A stretch of DNA of 64,000 nucleotides. It comes from the human T2T-CHM13v2.0 reference genome, Homo sapiens. The first letter of the stretch is position 1, and every line of letters begins with the position of its first letter. The notes beneath the pieces were generated by a model that worked only from the letters and a program-made list of their open reading frames with translations, ran no database searches and was not told where the DNA came from. A program made the translations under genes and the position numbers. The DNA is taken from assembly GCF_009914755.1 (NCBI RefSeq), contig NC_060941.1, one strand, 5' to 3'. Of this stretch, positions 55,701 to 64,000 are shown in pieces.

Positions 55701-57749
55701 ACTGAAAGACCTGGGTGTGCTGCTGGATGCCCCAAGGATCTGGCAGGAGGAGGCATCCAGGCCCTCAGGGCAGGTAGCGGGTGGGCCTCCGTGGTGTTGG
55801 GAGGTGCTGGGCCCGGAGGTATCAGCAGGAACTGCAGGGTCCCTACCGCAGGCTCCCCACACAGTGACACCTGTCTGTCCGTCCGTCTGTCCACAGGAGC
55901 AGGAGGGGCTGGGCGGGGAGGACGCAGGGTCTGTCGGAGCATAGCAGTGGCCCGTACGTGAGGGACTTTGTTGTTGCCGTCTCCCCAGGGTGCAGAGCGT
56001 GGTGGTTTGTGGCCATCCTTGCAGTGTGAGTGAGCAAGTGGCCGAGGGGTAGACTTTGGATGGCTCCAGGCGGAACTCCTTCCAGGGGAAGGAGGCCGTG
56101 TACTCCCATAGCTCTGGGCTCTGTTTGTGGCTGTGGCCACACAGGGCAGGGCCTCAGGGCAGGGAGGCCAGTGCTTTTGGGAAGGGCCTCCCCCAGCCCT
56201 CAGAAGCCTCCCACCCTATTCCCCTTGGGCTCCATCCTTCTGTTTTTTTTCTGGCTCTGGTTCCTGGCGTCTGTTTGCAAGGCTGGCTGGACACTGCAAC
56301 CACCTGGGCTTGCTGCTGTGGCCTGGACGCTGGGGTCTCTCTCGGCCCGGTGGTGAGCTGAGAAGCGGCCCTGTGGTAGAAGAGGGCCTTTCCACGCTGA
56401 GACCACAGATTGTCCCTGCAATAAGCAAACATTTCTCTAAAATGTGAGATAAACGCTTTATCCACTGGTGATCCGTGGTTGTTAGTAATTAAACCAAGTA
56501 AACGGTAGCTCATTCGGTCAGGCCGCTTGCCGCCGATGAGGGGTGCAGAGCTTCTGCAGCATCCTGGGGAGGTCCCGGAACGTGGGTCTGGGCTGTGCTG
56601 ATGCTGGAGCAGCCAGCGGGGAGAGCTGCCAGGCCACTCCTGACAGCCCCGCACCCGCTCTGGATGGAAGCTTCTCGCTCCCAGCCGATATGGGCCTGCT
56701 GCCTGCTGCTGGGGCTGGAGGGGCCCCTCTGCTTGAGCCTTGGGGTACCCCGTGCCTACGTGCCCTCCTGGCTTTGCCCATGGTTGGTGGCCGTGTTTTG
56801 GGCTGCGTTGATGTCGTTGTGGAGCCCGCTCTGGGCCTCGGCACGTCTGAGCTTGATTGGGGTGGAAAATGCACCTGGTGGTTTGTATTATGTTGTTTCT
56901 GTTTTATTTAATTTCATTTGCCATTCTTATTTCAAAAGATGCTTCCTATGTTTATGCTATATTGTTAGTTTAACTTCCTACCCTTTCCATCTATGAATTT
57001 CTGTTTTTATTGTGGTTCTCAGTGACCACACTCTAGGGGTCCTTTCTCTCTCTCTCTGTCTCTCCCCCCTCTCCCCTCCTCCCTTCCTCCCTCCCTCCCT
57101 CCTAGGCAGAGCCTGTGAGACTTGCAGGCATTTCCCCAGAACCCAGGCCCTCTTGGCCATCTGGCTGCTGCCCCACCCAACCTTTGGCCTCTCCTGGGGC
57201 TCCTGGATGGTTGGGCGTCCCAAATCCCCATCAGCAGAGCACTTGGTCACAAGGCCCGAGTCACATGCCCCAGCTTCTCCGAGGAAGTGCAGAGTCCAGC
57301 CGCAGGGAGGACTTTCTCAACCGGCCCTGGGGCCAGCTGTCCTGCTCCTCCTTGTTTGCTGTGGGCTCACCTCTGTGGGCTGCTCACTCAGACCCACTCG
57401 CACCCATGGGACCTTCCCGCCTGTTTCTCCTGCCTCCTTCAGTCTGTGCCCACCACCCCGCTGTCAAGCCCATTCCCCCCCAGCCCCTGACGTTGGACAT
57501 GCTGGAGGAGACTGTGGCCCTGTGGGGTGTTCTGGGCCATCTCCAGGGCCTGGAGCGGGCACCTGTGCCCAGCACTGGAGGCTGGGGGACAAGTGCTCTC
57601 TCTGATAAATGCCCCCGAGTTTCAGTTCTGTGGCTGTAGTTTGTAGGTCTCCTAGCTCAGCATCCCCGAGCCCATGCCCTGGGGACTCATGGGGCCGAGG
57701 AGAGAGGAGCGCAGAGAACATGAGGATACGTGAGCCCCTTGCCTGAGAG

Positions 57750-57990
57750 GTGTGCTGTGAACCTGGAGAGCAAGGCCAGTGGGTCTGGGGTGACAGACAG
57801 TGCGAGATGCAGGAAAACAGGCTCGAGATGCTGTGAATCTGGAGAACAAGTGGGCCTGGGTCTGGGGCGACAGACAGCGTGAGACACAGGAGAACAGGCG
57901 GGATGCTGTGAAACCGGAGAGCAAGGCCAGTGGGTCTGGGTCTGGGTCTGGGGCGACAGACAGTGCGAGACACAGGAGAACAGACGGGAT
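57750..57990. repeat. Degenerate tandem repeat of about 70-80 bp (3 copies); 31-bp x3 repeat nearby at 58059-58152
   Basis: tgctgtgaa..ggag...gggtctgggg.gacagacag...caggagaacag repeated. Confidence 0.75.
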
Positions 57991-59305
57991 GTCATGTGCA
58001 TTGTGGCTGGCAGGGCCGGCGCCTCACACACACGCCCCGGAAGTCAGGATGTGGTGCTGACGGTGTCCGCGCTGCCAGGCTGGAGCGGGTGACGGTGCCT
58101 GCGCTGCCAGGCTGGAGCGGGTGACGGTGCCCGCCCTACCGGGCTGGAGCGGAGCTTGCTCTCTCTGCAGTGGGACCTGCTCACTTTTCCTTAGCTGGAT
58201 GTATCTTTCACATTTAGCTTGTTTAACAGCAGAGCTGGTGAGAGGACGCACACCTGGCGTCACCATTGTCCCCTGTGCATGTCCCCGGCGTCCTTCACGT
58301 TGACGCGGGCCCCGCCCCACGGCTCAGGTCTGTCAACTTCCCTGGAACAAGGCAGAGCACTTGGCCCCTGGAAGACCTGGAAACCAGGAACCTCGGAGGC
58401 GCTGGCGGCCTTGGAGGCCGCTTATCTCCGCATGTCTGAAATTCTGTTTTCCACCTTTTCCCTTTAGGCTGGTAGGAGGCGCAATCTCTCAAGCCTTCCT
58501 TAGAAAGGATGATTGTCCTCCACCCTGCCCCAAACCCCCTGTGTTCTGTGCAACGCCTGATGAGAGCGTTCTGGGTTATTCACAGTAACTGAGCTGGGTG
58601 ATCTCACAAGAGGACATAATGAAGCCCAAGGAGCCTGGTGGGGGCCGGGAGAGGCCTTGCTCTGAGTGTGGCTCGCATGGGGGCAGCGCCTTGGCGTCTG
58701 TGTGTGGTGCGGTGGTTTTCCTGCCACTCTGTGGAAGGGGCCTCTGCCAGACGCCTTGTCTTCAGGGCCTCAGGTCCCTCTGGGCACGGTGGGTGTTCAT
58801 GTGTTTCTGCAGGGTTAGGCTCTGTGCATGGCGTGGTCTGCAGGACCTGGACAGCCCCTGCCCCGGGGCATTTGTGTCGGCCACCTTGGTTTGCCCCCCT
58901 GTCCAAACGCTGCCAGTTCTCGTCCTCCAGGGCACTCCGTTTCTGTCTTTTCATTCACTGGACCTCCCCACCTCCTGCGCCGCCCCACCACAGCAGGCCA
59001 GGTGCGTTCTGCCCCCAGGCCCTGTCCTCGTGGCTCTTTGATCCTGTGCCCTCGGTGTGCACCGTCTCGTGGCTCTCGTTAGAACCAGGGTCGGCCACCC
59101 CCAGCTCCCACATGGCGTCTGGTGTCTTGGGGGTCACATGTGTCTGTCTGCAGTCCCTGGGTGCCTCAAGCTGTGTGTTTCCTGTGGGGCATGTCTGAAC
59201 CTCAAGTGGGCCTGAGTCGTGAGAGAAAGGCTTTCTCATCGATACTGTGTGGTCTGTACTGTTTTGCAGAATTTCTTTTTAATTAATCCTTTCTCTTTTT
59301 CACAG

Positions 59306-59363
59306 TGCACTGGTGATTGCTGCGGTGTTTGACCGAGACATAAACTGCAGAAGAGCAGCCTCT
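59306..59363 (+). CDS. TBCD: TBCD next internal coding exon, 58 nt
   Basis: ttctctttttcacag| acceptor and TCT|gtaagt donor; phase matches the previous exon (AG+T=Ser); encodes SALVIAAVFDRDINCRRAAS with the TBCD FDRxxNCRRAAS motif. Confidence 0.93.
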
Positions 59364-60290
59364 GTAAGTTTTCTCATTTTGATATTTCCTTTCCTGAAGG
59401 TGGGGGGTGGGCCTGGTCTCCCTGATGCTCCTCTGTGCACTGCTGCCTGGCCAGCTCACCCATCCACAGCAGGAGCCGCGAGGGAGCTGCTGAGAGTGCC
59501 AGCTGCGGGCAGGCCACTGGTTCTTACTGTCTCTGGGCGTCTTCAGCGTGTGAAGGGCGGTCAGGGTTAAGCATCCCCAGAGCTGCAGCCATCACTGCTG
59601 GGGGTTGATGGGTGATGGAGGCGAGTGGGAGGTGCCCGATGACAGGTCTTGGTGCAGGCAGCTGCACGCTGAAGACGCAGAAGAGAGTGGGTTCTGCGAG
59701 GGTGGCCAGAATGTGGCGGCGGGACGGGTCACTCACCGGGTGGCTTTGAGCCTCGGGAGGGGCTGTTGCGAGCAGTGGTCAGCTCTGCTTCACCCGCCAC
59801 ACTCGCCTGGGCCTTGCTGGATGTGGGAGCTGCCTGCAGGACCGGGTGCGTCTTGAACACAGATGGCTGGTTTCCTCTAGAGAGAGCCCTGTGACGTTTG
59901 GGGTGAATTCTGGGTGTGAGGAGCTGTAGCAACTGCTGCTGCGCTGAGCAGACTACTTCATTTGGCTCAGAGCTGGGCTGGAGTGAGGCCTGTGTCTCTT
60001 GGGACCACAGAGAGCGGACAGTTGAGACGGTGGACCAGTCTCAAGATAAGAGTCTTTATTTCAGATACAGATAAGACGCTGAACACGTTTTAAGAGGGTA
60101 AGAACAGAGAGGCAGCCCTTTGAGAAAGATGGAGGGGTGAGGTTGGCTTTTGGTGATGGGGTGGGCCCCACAGTTCCTCATGGGCTCGAGCTGCTGGAAC
60201 TCTGTGTGCAGGCTCAGCATAGCTGGCTTAGTGGGAACCTGTTGAGGGAGCCGTTCACACTCCCTGATACTGTCAGACTTGGGGGCCAGT

Positions 60291-60440
60291 GGACCAGGTG
60301 GAAGGGGTGCTGGGACTGGTGAGGGTTTCCTGTCAGCCCTGCAGTGTGTGGCCCCTGGTGAGTGGGACCAGGCGGAAGGGGTGCTGGGACCGGTGATGGT
60401 TTCCTGTCAGCCCTGCAGTGTGTGGCCCCTGGTGAGTGGG
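60291..60440. repeat. Tandem duplication, 2 x about 74 bp
   Basis: ggaccagg.ggaaggggtgctgggac.ggtga.ggtttcctgtcagccctgcagtgtgtggcccctggtgagtggg twice. Confidence 0.9.
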
Positions 60441-61775
60441 GCCGTGCAGGTGCAGTGTTGGTTCTCTCTCTCTCTCAAATGCAGGAGCTCAGATGATACC
60501 CTGAAGTCTTTCTAGCTCAAAATGTCTGTCATCTTCTATAGCTTCTGGTGGTCTGCCTGCTCTCTGTATCCTGAAGTAGTTAGAAGTCTTTCTCTGCCTC
60601 AGGTCCTTTAAAACTAGAGAGAATTCACCAGGAGAGCTCAGAAGCTCTTCTCTGTCCCTGAAGCTGCTCTTATTTTGTCTTCAGCATCAGTAAAAACCTC
60701 ATAATTTTTTGGGGAAATCATCACATTTTTGCCCTGCTATTTACCCAAAGGCAGTAAATGTAAGACTTTGAAATATAATACAATTTTATGTTAAATCTGT
60801 ACTTAAATTAAGCTTTTAGATTTTCTTTACTGCAACCTAAGACATTTCATGGGAAGCAGTAATAAAATTAAAGTACTTAGGCTTCTATGAACCCTGAATA
60901 TGAGGTGAAATAATATAAATCATTTTTCACATTAAAATCCCTTTAAATTGGCAATAAATCTTTTCTGATAAATACCACCGAGTGCACCTAGCTTACCCTG
61001 TAGCTTGCAAAATTAAAACAGCCAAAGGTAAAAGACACCTTTTTGAAGCTTAGTTGGAAATGTGAGGATTGAGGGCCTCATAATTGGGAATCATTTTTTG
61101 GAGCTGCTGCTTTCAGATAACGATGTCTCGGTCTTTCTGGCTCAGCTTGGCTTCCTGTTTGACGCTGTGTCACTGGGTGAGGTCACCCCTGTGAGGCCCT
61201 GAGGCCTCTTCAGCACCGGCCAGGAGGCAGCAGCAAAAGGCGTTGAAGTCCTGTCCCTCCTTGGGGCTGGACACGGTCCCTTGCCCCTGAACTCTAGACG
61301 CCCTGCATTGCCCTGGTGCTCCCATGTCAAGACTGGCCGCGGTCGTCCATCCCATGGTTTGTGACCCTCCCAGCAACGCTGTGAGGAAGGTGCTGCAGCT
61401 GGTTCTCAGCATTGGCAGGAGCATGGCGACTCAGGCAGTCAGTGTGTGAGTGAGTTTGTGAAAACAGTTCCAGCTGTGTTCGTTGCTGAATGCTGGTTTT
61501 TCTGCATATTGGAAGGAATCTAGCAGACCCCCAAACGTGCTGACATTGCAAGAAGACATGTCTCCCGGCGGGGAAGGAATGGGCAGTAGAGATGGGGTGT
61601 GGTCGTGGCTTCTTGTTCATCATGAGGAAGGGAGATGGGGCCCCGTTCACTCACAGTTAAAGTAAAGGCACTTAAAGCCTACATTTAACTGAGAAGATTT
61701 TAAATCTTTTTCTTCCAGCATTTCGTTTGATATATAGTGTCTGACCTCTATTTGTGACTTTTTATTTTGGGATAA

Positions 61776-62284
<509 letters not shown>

Positions 62285-62440
62285 GAGATTTACATGGAGT
62301 TTTAAAGACTAATGCAGGGAGAGCCCATGCGTGTTTCACCATTGCCTCCATGATAAAATCTGGCAAAACCGCAATGGAACATCACAGCCTAGAACATTGA
62401 GCCAACCCACCAGTCTTATTCCTTCTTCCTTGGTTTTACC

Positions 62441-62447
<7 letters not shown>

Positions 62448-62505
<58 letters not shown>

Positions 62506-62526
62506 CGCGCGCGCGCGCACGTGCGC
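62448..62526. repeat. Compound (TG)25(CG)10 microsatellite, alternating purine-pyrimidine
   Basis: Read directly from the sequence. Confidence 0.95.
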
Positions 62527-62529
62527 TCA

Positions 62530-63725
62530 CGCGTTTACTTCTGTGTGATTGTATCACATACAAATTCACGTATCCACCACCACAATCAGGATACACAGCA
62601 GCCCTGTCTTCCCGAGAGGCCTGTGCTACTGCTTTGCCCACAGTCCCTGCTGTTTCCCTCTCCTGACCCTTGGCAGCCACCGGTCGGCTCTCCGTTGCCT
62701 ATTCTATTCTGTCATCTCGAGAATGCTGTGTAAATGGACTCTGTGGCCTCTAATGCTGTAGCTTTCTTCTCTCGGCACAGCTCTCTGGAGACCCACCCCG
62801 AGCGTGGTGGGTGGTGCTGGTTTGCTGCTTCTGTTGCTGAGTGGTGCCGTGGTTTGTGTGACCATTCATGTATTACGACATCAGGATGGTTTCTAGTCTT
62901 TAAGCTGCTGTAAACATTCGTGCTCAGGTTTTCGTGTGAGTGTAACTTCCATTTCTCTGGGTTAAATGCCAGGAGTAGTTTCTGGGTCGTGGTAGTTGGA
63001 CATTTAAACTGCTTTCTAGAGCAGCTGCACCATTCACGTTCGCACCACCACCTGCCCGCAGCCCTGCCTTTCTCTGTCCTCGCTTGTGTCTGACATGGCC
63101 ACTGTTTTCTGTGTCGGCCTTTTTGACAGGCATGTGGTGATACGTCGTTGTGGTCTTTACCTGCGTTTCTGTCATGCCTGATGGTGTGGAGCATCTTTCA
63201 CGGGCTTACTTGCCGTCTGTACCTCCTCTTTGGTGAAATGTCTGCTCAGGTCTTTTACTCATTTCTAAGTGGATTGTTTTTTGTAGTTCTTGAGTTTAGG
63301 GCACTCTTTACATATGTAGGATTCTGGTCCTCTGTTGGATTTGCGTTTGGCTTTCTCCCAGTCTGTAGCTCATCTTTCCGTCCTCTTCATAGGGCAAGAG
63401 TTTTTAATTTTTTAATTTTGCTGGGGTCTCGATCAGTTTTTTGTTTTTGTGGCTCATGTTTTTAGTGCTTTTTAAGACGTGAAGACTTTCTTAAGGTCTG
63501 GGAACTCCACCTCGCCCGGTCCCGGGGATGCTGTCCCGTGTTTTCTGTTCTGCTGGTTGGTCTGCGTGTCTGTTCTGCCAGCGCACACTGTGTGACGGGC
63601 TGTGCTGCGATGCTGCTGTGCATAGTCAGCCTTCGCACTGGGCAGGGAGATGCCTCCCAGCGTCTTCTTTCTCAGGACTGTTTTCCCTGTTTTAGGGCTT
63701 GTGCTTTTCCACATAAATCTTGAAT
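62530..63725 (-). mobile_element. Old L1M remnant
   Basis: Antisense L1 motifs (gagcatctttcacgggcttacttgcc, ggtgaaatgtctgctcagg, ttcttctttctcaggact, ttccacataaat). Confidence 0.65.
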
Positions 63726-64000
63726 TTTTAAAACATCTTTTAGATACCACTGGAATGGTACATGTCTTCCTAATAGTGTATGTTAAATTGATGTTACAGT
63801 ATATCTTTGTTGCATTGCCTTTTGGCGGGTTTTGTTTCTTACTTTCCTAATGAATTTATCACAAAAGTTACAAATTTGCAAAGCAGCAGTCAGGCCTCCT
63901 CCCAGCCTGCTGTGAAGCGCCTGTTTCCTCCAATCTCCAGCCCAGCCCAGGGGTCTGCCTTGGAGCCACCCGCACGTCTGGTTTCTGTGTGATTGGCCAG

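Overview
Primate (human-like) genomic DNA that I recognise from the translated proteins as the TBCD/ZNF750 locus (human 17q25.3, subtelomeric; assigned from memory, no database search). The whole ZNF750 gene lies on the - strand (non-coding exon 1 at about 14683-14780; CDS 7213-5778 joined to 5636-4901, 723 aa), nested antisense in a very large TBCD intron. Two TBCD coding exons lie on the + strand (45339-45495 and 59306-59363). The rest is intronic: Alus (mostly antisense to TBCD), L1/MLT1/Tigger/MER58 remnants and an unusually dense set of minisatellites. Nearly all other long ORFs in the track are repeat or antisense artefacts. The most unusual structures are: (1) a diverged inverted copy of about 230-250 bp of ZNF750 coding exon 2 inside ZNF750 intron 1, able in principle to fold back over the exon-2 splice acceptor and start codon; (2) a three-piece locally templated insertion with a perfect 104-bp inverted repeat; (3) a CpG-rich minisatellite born from an AT-to-GC-shifted L1 segment; (4) an intron-1 VNTR carrying TRF-type TTAGGGTTA sites. 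These are visible in the sequence, but their functions are hypotheses. Repeat boundaries and subfamily calls were made by eye and are approximate.
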